DNA of 61,632 nucleotides, counting the filler, from Sphacelaria rigidula (taxonomy: Eukaryota): assembly GCA_964200075.2 (NCBI GenBank). It is 11 parts of 11 records of this genome, joined end to end, with 100 filler letters (N's around TTAATTAATTAA, not from the genome) between each part and the next. Parts side by side here need not be neighbours in the genome. Positions count along the whole stretch, not along the records: positions 1 to 5,512 come from CAXNAA020026724.1; positions 5,613 to 11,124 come from CAXNAA020026725.1; 9 more parts are not named here. One strand, written 5' to 3'. A program made the position numbers and the translations under genes. Every line of letters begins with the position of its first letter. The first letter of the stretch is position 1. Below the pieces are notes generated by a model. It was not told where the DNA came from. It ran no database searches and worked only from the letters and a program-made list of their open reading frames with translations. Shown here in pieces: positions 1 through 10,625 of this stretch.

Positions 1-519
1 CTTCCGTGCAAGGGAGATATGCCACTTCAGCCCCATATTTTGTATGAACCCCAAAATATAAAATCGGCTGTTATAATTGGAATCTCCCATCACTTGATTT
101 ATAGGGGTGCAGCAGTGCCACGCAAAATGTTGCACGCACGGCCCAGTACGACGACTCTTGAGGTTAAATTTCAGGAAAACCTCCTGCATCCGAGAAGATG
201 ATACATCACGTGAGCAGCTGCAGATTCTCCTTTTTTTTTGGACCTGCGACATTATCTCGTAACTCCCTTTCTTTTATGTTTCTATGCTGCTCACGCGATC
301 TTCTACATTTGATCACAGAGAGCTGCTGTCAAAATTTCGGCGTCCAACTCCTAATATCGCGCCGTGCGTCGCCTGACCGAGAAAACCACCCATTGTCGGC
401 TGGCCCAGCTCGTAGAAGGTTCCCCTTCGGGAGGGTAATACTGGCCTCCCGGGGGTGACGCAAGTCGCAAACATATCGGTGTTATTCCTTTTCTATATTA
501 TGGAGTCATTTGTGTGGGA

Positions 520-616
520 TGTGGTCAAGTGACACCAAGCCGTAGGTTTCAGTATAATCGTATACATGATTGGAGCAGTGGCAGGGGACAGGGAGTCCTG
601 GATTGATGTCTCTTAT
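520..616 (+). repeat. 5' LTR (portion matching the 3' LTR; true end further right, not defined)
   Basis: tgtggtcaagtgacaccaagcc...ggagcagtggcaggggacaggg...cttat aligns with 5252-5347, about 17 mismatches in 97 bp by eye. Confidence 0.85.
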
Positions 617-968
617 CTGTGTGGCCCCTTGCTGCTGGCTCGTGATGTGGTCTGCGGAGGATCAGTTCGTGATGATAACAAGTTAGAATAAAGGAGTTTT
701 CGAGCACGAGGTCAGTGATACCGGAGGAGTCCCTCGCTGAAAGTCCTCTTCTCCAGATCGTCTGGCAGAGGCTATAATATCTAGATTTTCTTCCGGCACT
801 CTGTTAGAGGAGTTTGGCTGAGGAGAAAAGTGGGCTGCAGCTGGAAGCCAGTTTGCCCGCAGACAGAGAGACCGACTTGAAGCGCACAGCAGTGGGGGAC
901 GCTCCGTGAGCTGGAGGACGCACAAGTCAGGCAAGAGTCTCTCAGTGGAGCGTTGAATTCTAGTCGAC

Positions 969-1760
969 ATGGCTCAAGCGGCGCCAGTGCCACTGGTGAT
1001 AGGTGAGCCACTAGGGCCGCCAAAGTATGGCGAAGTGTGGACTGAAGAAGCGTAAAAAGTATTTCGGGTCAAATATCTCCACTATTTAGAGAGGCTGCAT
1101 TTCGCCAATGCAACAGAAGCCATACGGCATGAGAGAGTGAGCATCGGACAACTCATCCCTACCTATTTTCATCGGTGCTTCGAAGATATGAACAACGACC
1201 ATCGGGCTATGACTCCCGACGAGTTGCTAGATGCTGTGAAGCAGCATGCCGGGTACACCACAACTGGCGGCAATCACGACACAGCGCGGGCTGCAGCAGA
1301 CCTACGTAGAGTGCTTACTTTGCCACAAAGCGGTAGAAACTCCGTGGAGGATCGTGCGATGATGATCAGTTCATTGATAGAAACGTTTTTTGTAGAAAAC
1401 CTCACTGTGCAAGCCATGTACCGTGCGGAGGACAGGAGTTGGCTGCCAGGCCCGGCCGAGTCGGTTTCCATAGTTTTGGTGGACGGGATTTCGCCTCCGA
1501 CATTCAGGGCGTATGTTAGAAGCGTACTCACGTATACAATCCGACGATGGTGTTCAACAGAATGTTTGGTGCCGCCGACCAGTAGAAGTTCATTGAAGCA
1601 CGTAGCCGGCGCGATTCTGCAACGAGTGCAGGTGGTATGCGCCGCAAAAAGTAACAGCAACAGAAACAGCAGCCGTCTTCGCGAGCGTCGTCCACTCGCG
1701 CGTGTTACAACTGCGGCGACACCGGACATGTGATCAAGAATTTCCCCAAGCCTCGCGACC
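969..1760 (+). pseudogene. gag: Gypsy gag (premature stop near 1053, frameshift before zinc knuckle)
   Basis: ATG at 969 (MAQAAPVPLVIGEP) is in frame with ORF 1137-1733. A degenerate CCHC knuckle CYNCGDTGHVIKNF lies at about 1703-1745 in another frame. Confidence 0.8.
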
Positions 1761-1944
1761 AAGGCGTTGCACAGGGCAATGCGCGAGGTTCCTCAGGATC
1801 TCGGGGCGGCCGTCACGGTGAACGGGGCCGTGCCAACTAGAGACGCGGGCGCGGCGGCCGCGGTAGCAAGTGATCGGCGGTGGATGGTGGTCCCTCCGCT
1901 GCTGTTTCTTCCACTACATCATCAGGTGGTGACTCTGAATCTTA

Positions 1945-3315
1945 TTGTTCGTCCGTATTGGGGAAGTGTATGTGGGAAATGCAAATACTTCGGTGAAGAG
2001 CGCTGGAGCGAATAGTTTGCAACCCCTCGGCCATGCAGGATCCGTGTCTGGTGCATCTCCTACTGCTACGACGGCTGTAACAGCGCTGTCTGCTTATTCG
2101 GCGACTCGGTCTAGTTGGGCCGACGATTCTCAACTATCGATGTCAAGCGCTGGAGCGCAGACCTTGCGTCAGGTGACTCTTGATACCGACCAGGGCTCTT
2201 CGGCAGGCGTGGTACCATTCGATTGTAAGCCTGAATGCTTACGCGCAGATTCATCCTTGCCTGGTTCCGTAGGTTCATCCATGACCCGCCTTATTTTGGA
2301 TTCTGGGTCGGCGCTCACGTCGATCGGTGCGGGGTTGTTAGAACAAATGTCTTCGCAGTTTGGCGGCGCTCAGCTTCAAATTCCGTCCGAAAACGGACCG
2401 CAAACGACACAGACCGCCACGGGTGCTCTCGTGACGATTACACGTAAAACGGTGCCGATTACTGTTAGCGTGCGTGCGCCGTGGGGGGCTGTGGAGTTGC
2501 AGCCCATTACTTTCGCTGTCATGCTAGATGGAGTTGTTTGGCAAGGACAACGTGTTATATTTGGGATGGCGACGATGGAGGAGCTCGGGATTGATTTGTA
2601 CCCGCTGGCGTTGGATAAGTTCCACCCGCGTGCTGTGCCGGTGCAAACCGGCGTGGAAAATCCCAGCTATTTTGCTGCAAAGCGTGTGACCGTGTCCTGA
2701 CGGTCATTCCAGAGCGCTGGTGAAAGGGAGGCTCCTGCGGATGTAGCGGTGGAGCGCTTGGTCGATCGGGGGCCTGACATGCTCATGGATCCTGCGGAGG
2801 AGAGAGGTGCAAGAGAACGTGCGCTTGAGGATAGCGTGCAGCAGGCCGAGCAGAAAGGCCTGAACGCCGATTGCGCACATTGTCTGCGTGATATTTTGGC
2901 TCGACGCGTGGAACCATTTCGTCGTGCGCTGCGTGGTGGTCCGCCAGCGCGCGTAGAGCCCATGAGGGTGCAGTTCAAGCCACAGGCAAATGCGGTGAAG
3001 GCCGAGGTTGGACGCTATGATCCGGTGAAGACCGGGTGGCTTGCCTCATGCACCGCAGTTTTGGTGGCGTTTGGTTTGTTGGTGAGGAACATCCAGGCTG
3101 TGTGGGCGAGTCCGGCGATGGCGGCGCCAAAGAGGGTCATATTCCGTTTGGTCAGCGACTATCAGGCGGTGAACGCGCAAGTGGAATAGTCTCCGGGGGT
3201 GACGTCAAGCCAAGAAGGCATGCGGGACTTGCTGGTAGCCCAACAACAATATCGGTATGTCACTGAACACATTCCTGGAGGGCGCAATTGTTGGGGAGGT
3301 TTGTTGTCTGGCTAG
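1945..3315 (+). pseudogene. pol: Gypsy pol: aspartic protease, RT N-terminus, RNaseH C-terminal tip
   Basis: LILDSGSALTS protease motif; WASPAMAAPK..FRLVSDYQAVN RT start; EHIPGGRNCWGGLLS (RNaseH end) follows only about 100 bp later. Confidence 0.85.
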
Positions 3316-5186
3316 ATGAAGGTTCCTACTGTGCCTGTTCGTTCTGTTGCTGTGTACAGCCCGTGTGATGCCGATGATTCGCTGCCCTCGTTAGATGTCA
3401 TTCGTACCGCGCAGCGCCAAACAGTCGGCGACGGTGTTCATTCTTTTCCCACGACTTTCGGTCAAGCTGCTTTGGCTGATGTTGGTTTATTTCGCATGCG
3501 TGTTGGCAGCAGTAATGTTCTGTGGATTTTGTCGGAAGATCAGGCTCTACAAACTCACTTGATGGTGTGCGCTCACATGCGGTGGGCAGGTCACCGTGGT
3601 GTGGCACTGACTCTGTTTCGGTTGAAACAATACCCTATGCGGCCTGACATGGATTCCCACGTTCGCGAGATCATTCGCCAGTGTTTGCATTGTGTAGACA
3701 CTCGTGCTGGTGCGGTTGTACCTCGTCCGTATGGCGGTTCTGTACATGGTACTGCGCCAGGTGAAAGTGTTCATTTTGATTTTCTGTACGTCGGAAGTAG
3801 CGGACCTGAAGGTGCTACTGGTTTGCCCGGTGACGATGGATTCCGGTACGTTTCGGTCATCATGGATGCTTTGTCCAGTTTTGTTTGGTTCGAGTCGACC
3901 GAGGCTTGCACCGCCGAGGTTACGGCTAAGCACTGGCTCCATATTTGCAAGCCTTTGGGGGTGCCGCGTGTTTGTGTTAGTGTTAGTGATACCGCCACGC
4001 ACTTTGGGAATCGAGTGATCGCGCAGCTGAGCGACGCGCTCAAGGTGCAACGCCAATTCGCTGCTGCGTATACCTCTTGGTCGAATGGTGCTTGTGAACG
4101 CATGGTGAAAGAGGTTATTCGTGCGTTGCGGTCCATTTTGTCGGTACAGAAACGGCCGGTGTTTAAATGGGTTGATGTTTTGCCAGCCGCTCAGTGGGCG
4201 TTGAATACTTCTGTTCATGAACGCTACCGTAACACTCCGTATTGTGTGATGTTTGGGCGTGCGCCGCGTACGGCACTTTCTACGATAGCCCCCCCCACAA
4301 AAGTGCATGGTTTTGGGAGGCAAAATGTTCACGTAAATCGAAATGGGAAAATCCGAGCACAACGAGGAGCTGGGAATTTCCACGCTTGGGTCCGTTCTAG
4401 CCAATGTCGCCATCATGAGGCGCTTCACGCAGCCTGAACCCCAACATCAGGCTCTTCATGGCCATTTTTTTCGTGACACTTTTAGCTGGTTTTGGGTGGG
4501 GGTCTATCGTAGAAAGTGTCGTACAGCGTTTTCCGCGCTGGTTTCTGTCACTGGCTTCGAGTGGAACGTCGATGTCAAGGATGCTGATTCGTTGCGTGAC
4601 AAGGATCGAGGCGTGGTTGACGAACAAGTGCAGTTTTGTAACGAAGTGCAAGCTGCTGTCGCGGTGTCCCGCGAAACCAACCGCGAGCTTGCTCAAGTCC
4701 AGGCTGTGTTGCCCAAGTTTGCAGTTGTGTGCTCGTCTTGGTAGGCAAGGTGTGACGCCCAAGTTGATGTCCACATGGACAAGTCCATGGCGAGTAGTCG
4801 GAGCTGATCACGCTCCCGTGTATTCGATGCATAACATTGTTTTTGGCGCCGTACACTCGGCCCATATCGCTCGTTTACGTTGTTTCTATGCTGACTCGCA
4901 GTTGCACATCACTGCGGAGATAAAATATGTATTCATTTGTATGCTCCATGTGAATGTCGGGTGAATGCGTTGGTGCACGTCGCTGAGGATGACAATGGTG
5001 ATGCCATTGTTTTGGTCGATTGTAACGGGTTCGGTGCCGGAAGAACGTACGTGGGAGTCTCTTCGCAAGATTCATTCTTCTGCGCCTAAATTTGTTTTGA
5101 CGGGACTGCGTAAAATACGCTTGACTCGAGCGCTGACAAGTAAATTAGCTTCCGAGTATGGTATTTCTTTGTGGCCTGGCAAATGA
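3316..5186 (+). pseudogene. Gypsy integrase + C-terminal chromodomain, interrupted by a MITE
   Basis: HHCC (H..H...CLHC); HFDFLY, SDTATHFGN and NGACERMVKEV DDE core; chromo-like IVLVD.NGF/EERTWESL at about 5005-5065. Confidence 0.88.
4271..4521. mobile_element. Tc1/mariner-type MITE (251 bp) in Gypsy integrase
   Basis: TIR cggcactttctacgatag / ctatcgtagaaagtgtcg; TA duplicated at 4269-70 and 4522-23. Removing it restores GRAPRTAFSAL. Confidence 0.92.
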
Positions 5187-5251
5187 AAATTCGCCTTGGT
5201 TCTGTTGGTTGTCAAGCGCGTTCGTTTGTCTTGAACTCTCTTCGAGGATAC

Positions 5252-5347
5252 TGTAGCCAAATGTTACCAAGCCATAGATTTCAGTATATTCACATGCATG
5301 ATTGGAGCAGTGGCAGGGGACAGGGGATCCTGGATCGATGGTCCTTA
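5252..5347 (+). repeat. 3' LTR, cut at a TA by a related MITE end (gtcattctacgatag)
   Basis: Matches 520-616, then switches to a MITE-like terminus. Confidence 0.8.
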
Positions 5348-5512
5348 TGAGTCATTCTACGATAGAGGGGGGTGTATTTTGGGCCATTTGTTGCTCGAAA
5401 TTTCGAGTCAGATCGTCGTTGAAAGCAGCAACGTGAGTTCGCACAAGCTTCTCGTGAATCAATAACGGTCCTCCATACTGCCTGACACCGTTTGGAACCA
5501 AATTCAAGCGCA

Positions 5513-5612
5513 NNNNNNNNNNNNNNNNNNNNNNNNNNNNNNNNNNNNNNNNNNNNTTAATTAATTAANNNNNNNNNNNNNNNNNNNNNNNNNNNNNNNN
5601 NNNNNNNNNNNN
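5513..5612. other. Artificial contig-joining linker (44N + TTAATTAATTAA + 44N); same linker starts at 11125, 16737, 22349, 27961, 33573, 39185, 44797, 50409, 56021
   Basis: Ten identical 100-bp linkers spaced exactly 5612 bp apart. TTAATTAATTAA gives stops in all six frames. Confidence 0.98.
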
Positions 5613-5684
5613 TTGTAGGCATGCGAGGTCAATGGTCTTATGACTATGGCATGCATGATCATGAGTACACCCTCCCTTTCCGGT

Positions 5685-6000
5685 GCCATGCCGTTCTCGG
5701 CATCCCCACGCAAACCGTGAACGCTTCTCCAGTCTGGTCAAGTTGGCCATGATCCCGAGCTACGCGAGGTCGTGCCGAGGAAGGAGCGGTCTTGGGAGCT
5801 GTCCATATCCCTGGATCAAGAGGCGGAGTGGCTTGGACTTCACAATTGGGACGAGAGGTCAGGTTGCGGCGTGGTGTACGTAAAATCGACGCACGTATAA
5901 TCAGATCTTCCCGAGACATAACTGGTACTACAGTACTATGGTCGTGGGAACGGTGGTGGGACTTATTTTAAAGTGTTTTCAGCATGAGCAAGCCTACTGC
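5685..6000 (-). mobile_element. Possible highly decayed CRE-like non-LTR RT fragment
   Basis: Minus-strand ANLTRL/GE..VCVGM resembles the LTALGEK.RPVCVGM motif I recall from such RTs. Heavily frameshifted. Confidence 0.35.
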
Positions 6001-7879
6001 GAACAGTGTGCGCGTGACCCATTTGCTGTCTACTGGTCCTGTAGTTCGATTTTGGGCGATATCTACACCCGGATATTTTATCCCCGAACACGTGTTGCGG
6101 TCCCATAATAGCAGTTTCTGTGGTGCTCGCTCGTCGTCTGCGCTGGTACCTGCAGTCCTGGTGGATTGAAAACACCAACTAAAGGGCGCAGGTCCCCCCC
6201 TATCGCGCTCACAAAAAGCAAGGACAGCATCAAAGCGATGGTGACTCCGCGGGATGTACCTTCAGCGGAGTATAAAACCCGCGATGTTCCTGATGAAGTA
6301 GATGCGGACACTCTCACGTCGTTGGATGGTTGCTTGACTTTTTGTTGCACGTTGACTGATCCTTCACCATCTCAGCCATGGCCACGAGACGGACGGACCC
6401 AAGGTGAATAAATGGAGACAGTCGATGAGGGTATCGAAAGAAAGGCACAGATGCAAGACTTCACACGATCGGCGAGGCAGATGTCTTCCCCACTTGTCCA
6501 TAATAATTCACCGGTTCAGATATCGTCGTTCACTGTAACGTCCCGTTTCAGCACGACCGCGCGATATGTCCACCCTAGCCGTTCGGGTCAGAAATGGTCG
6601 TGTAAGACTTGTGCCTGATTCAACAGACGGTGCCCTCTGAAGAAAACGAAAGGAAATGAAAAAAACCCGAATAAATCGCCAGATTTTACCACAAGAACTT
6701 GTCCCGAGAAATGTCTCCAGCACGATCGTTGAAGCAGGCCGTCACTCAGACCTATGTAGATGGGACTATTGGGGCGGGAACGATCGGTTGGTAACTCCGC
6801 GCGAGGAAGATCGAACACTGACAGGGCAAGTTCAGAACAGAACAAGGGGGAAGAGCACAGAACGACGAAACGGAGATTGGGAAGGAACACAACAACTAAA
6901 CAGAGCACGGGCAAGAAAAAGGGCTTGAGAACAAGGCTGGCACTACAACCCACGGCAAGAGGTCAACCGCCGATAAGATGATGCAAGAGGATTCGTGTCA
7001 GTGTTGCGTAGCGGCTCATTCTCTCGATCGTTCCCGCCCTAGATTTCCGGCGGCCTGTCGCTGCCGCTGTTATATGAGCGGTGGCGGCTCTTCTCCCAGC
7101 GGCTCTCCATACAAAAGCCTCTTGCTTGTAACGTTGGTCGAACTGACGGAGGTCTTTGCATCGTCACGCCTTCATTCCTTCTCGACCCTCAGATGCCCAT
7201 AGCCCACGGTTTGACCGGCAGTGACAATCTCGCGAGTCTCTGATATCAACACCGCGAATGAATGGCTTCCTTGTTTTCACTGACGTGGGATAGCCCTTGG
7301 AGCACGTGGGGGGTTCGTGGAGGTGGTGTCCCCCGTGTTTCGGACGCCGGCCAGCCTCCTTCGGTTTGTTCGCGGCCAAACGCTCGAAAAGGTGCTAAAA
7401 AGCCAGTGTCGCGTGGTACTGTCATGCTGGATAGACATATTGTCTCAACGGATGCAGAGTCACTGCGAAGCTTGTAGAGGATGCACAGTAACTGCGAAGC
7501 TCACTCGCATCAGCAAAATACAAGGTGAAAATGTCGTTCACGGGTGCCTTTTCGGCCGAAACAGAATATAACACACAGTATCTTGTGAAGGCGGATAACT
7601 GCAGGGAAGTTGGGGAAGACGGGGGAGAACCAGTTGTCATCTCTCGTGAGACACAAAACTGCATTATTAGACGTGTGCCAAGCCACGAACATTGCGCACA
7701 TATACTGTGGGTCATCCCGAAACTCTCTGAGATAGATCAGGGTATTTTTTATTTGTCTCCCGGCCGTTAGCGGGGATCCCAGACGGGCTTGTGATTCGCC
7801 AGAACCCTGGGACGCCCGACGACCTGTGAAGAAGCAAATAAAGTGAAGGACCCCGAAAGTGTGAAACGCTCCATGATTC

Positions 7880-8800
7880 GAAGCATATGTTTGCAATGTT
7901 TTCGAGTTCTACTCCAAAATACGCCGTGAACACGCCTGTACAGACTATTTTTTCTTGAACTGCGTGAACAGGATGCGTTCGGGATACGATGTTCATTCCG
8001 CTGGATAAGCCCCCCCGCGAAACGAAGGTGACTCTCGCAGATGGTCGTCTCGATACGCTTACATTTGGGCATCTCGAGCATAGCTCTGCGGGGGAAAGTC
8101 CTACGACCACCACAATCTTCCTGCAGCAGCCAACTGCTCGTGGTAAGGGTATGCGGTGGGCAGCACGCAAGGTCCCGCTATCCTCTCGGCGGAGTCCACG
8201 TAGCTACCCATCCAGAATTGCTACCACCATCTCCTTCTTGAGCAACCGGAGCATGAACCAAAGCTGAGCACCGGATTGGTCGTAAACTTGAAAGCTATAC
8301 GTTCAGAGGCATTCTGATGCAGCCTGATGCGGCGGTTGATTTTGATGGAGATATTCGTGGTCTCCGGTACACCGCTGTATACAAATTCGCTTGTCTGCTC
8401 ATCTCGTTAGCCCGCCTCGTTGTTGTGCGGTGCGGTCTTTGAGGAGCTGGTCATTCACCACAAATGCGTGACCTCCATCTTGTTCAACAATTACAAAAGT
8501 AACAACATTCAATTCACCTGCTAAATTGACAGCCATCGACCTGGGGCGCTCGTTGATGAAGGCCAGCGTCCACGCAGTCGTGCGGCTGATCGAGTCGTTT
8601 GCCCCTTCCGCTCAGCAACATAAGATTCCGCGGCAGCAAACCGGTGCAGCCTGGTCTTCGCGTCTCTTGCAGTGCGACGACTTCATAAACTATTGCTTTG
8701 ATGTTCGGCAGAACTACCCAAGCATGGCCAACCCCGCTCTGTTCCGTGCGGGAAATATAATGGTGTTGCCGGTCGCTACTTCGGATCTTCCCGACACGGG
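7880..8800 (-). mobile_element. RTE-clade LINE remnant (APE N-terminus joined to RT C-terminus)
   Basis: APE motifs YEVVALQETRR (about 8655-8687) and FINERPRSMAVNLAGELNVVTFVIV. Then RTE thumb/C-term segments KMEVTHLW, QTSEFVY, ISIKINRRIR, MLRLLKKEMVVAIL, GTLRAAHR, CKRIETTI..LRFAGGL. Confidence 0.75.
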
Positions 8801-10167
8801 AACTAGCAGAAGCTCAAGCTACAGCTGCACCCTTACCCTTACACTAGGTCCTCTGTGCTCATAGCGTTCTTTACTCCTGCGCTGGATGTTCTCCTCAGTT
8901 GATTCACGTAGGCACATGCCTTGCGTTTTGGTCTGACGGTAAGGGTCCTTCCGTCCAAGCTAGCATCGGCGGCTAGCTTCGGTACGCCGAATTAGGGGCT
9001 TACTCATTTGTATCCCATCTATTTCGGCGCGAATTCGGCGACAAGACCCCAATTCTAGGCAGAACTCCGCAGCTGCGGGATTTTCATTGTATTTCACTCG
9101 TGGATAAAAGTCTTCGTCTGCAGAATTGAGCTTCGTTCTCGTCACTGCCGACACAACTCACCGGCTAATATGTAGAGCGCATCAATCACCGACACAGTTC
9201 ACACATAGATCTGTGGGTCATACCACTTTCCTCTACAAGTGTGGTTGCGTCGTGAAACTTGCTGGTTGCATTTGGCTTCGACAAAACAATTGTTCGCATG
9301 TCAAGCGGTGGTCGACCCTGAAATGTTGATGCTGAAGTTTTCTTCAGTTCAGAATTTGTACCTTTACCGGCTGTCCCCCTTCCGTTCTGATTTTAAAGTG
9401 TGAAAAAACTTTCCGAAACTCTCTCTATTGTACCGGGGGCTCAAAACTCCCTCAGGTCCTTTCCAGTGTACGCAGCGCGCGTGTTTAGCTCAAATTAGCG
9501 GTGTCAATATGAGCTTCTCTAGTTCCCACATTTGAAACGAAAAGCCCCGTGGAGCCCTCTCGCCCGAGGTCATTCGTCTTGCCTTCGGTTTGAGGCGGCA
9601 GGGCCATCGCCTCAGGGTTGCGGCTGCCGTTTGTTGTTTTAGGATTCCGTTCGAACAGGGCCAACCAAAAGTTGATGATCTGACGACACGCTCGCGTAGG
9701 TTATTGCCCCTGGTAAAAACGACCCCGTTCAATTGCTGTTGATGTTGAGTGGGACTACAGCTAAATATTTACATGCGTCCCCCTCTTGACCCCCAATCGT
9801 ATCCGAAACCCAACTATCGTGAAACCAACTTCACAGGTACACGCACGGAACAGCCGAGGCGGACAGACGAGTGAAACAGGCAGGATACTGCAGGATACAC
9901 ATGCCCTCGGTACCCAGAAGCGGCAGCACATGGACCAGAGCTATGTTCGAAGCGGCCACGTCGCAGGCAACATTTTCGATGTGGCGAGGTACGCAGAACT
10001 AGAAACCCAAGACTTGTGGACCACGAGTCGTCAGCCGTCGACCGAATGGTGTAGCAATATTTATAGCTTTCATCTTCATGAATACGGTGTGCGTCTACCT
10101 GGTCGAGATTCAATTTTTCGGTGTTACCATTGAGGGCGAGTAGATATGTATATATATATATATATAT

Positions 10168-10625
10168 GAGTGTCTGACCGAAGCCATCTCTCTTCTTCTG
10201 TCGCCCCGGTGGCTCAGTTGATGACTTCGAATTCCTCGGATTGTTGGGACTTGGGTTCGAATCTCGGTGAAGTCACTCTATCTGGGATGTTTCCTCACAT
10301 CATGTCCAAATGGCGGAGTGTAATCATGTCGTGAGTACACGAAGTTCGAGCTCACGGTCGAAGATTGGCAGACACGACTACACGAAATTCGAGTTCACGG
10401 TCAAAGATTGGAAGACACCGTTGATCTCTTCTCGTCGTGAGTACACGAAGTTCGAGTTCACGGTCAAAGATTGGAAGACACCGTCGATCTCTTCTCGTGG
10501 TAAAATGAAAAGCAAGCGCCTGAGTAGGACAGTTTCAGCTCACGGGACCGCTCATGATGAACGTTTGTTGAAGTTAATACGCCACGAAAGATTTTTCTTT
10601 GTGTGTTTTATCATCAGTGTTCGCC
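10168..10625 (+). mobile_element. tRNA-derived SINE-like repeat following a (TA)n microsatellite
   Basis: A box tggctcagttg at 10210-10220, B box ggttcgaatct at 10254-10264, no complete cloverleaf. Internal 45-60 bp unit repeated three times (10331-10500). Confidence 0.55.

Larger units (their letters stand above)
520..5347 (+). mobile_element. Degenerate Ty3/Gypsy LTR retrotransposon with chromodomain; RT core/RNaseH deleted
   Basis: Direct repeats starting TGT at 520 and 5252. Internal order is gag(CCHC)-protease-RT N-term-integrase-chromodomain, with multiple stops and frameshifts. Confidence 0.92.

Noticed and set aside
3547..4428. 293-aa minus-strand ORF
   Set aside because: Antisense shadow of the integrase, running into the MITE.
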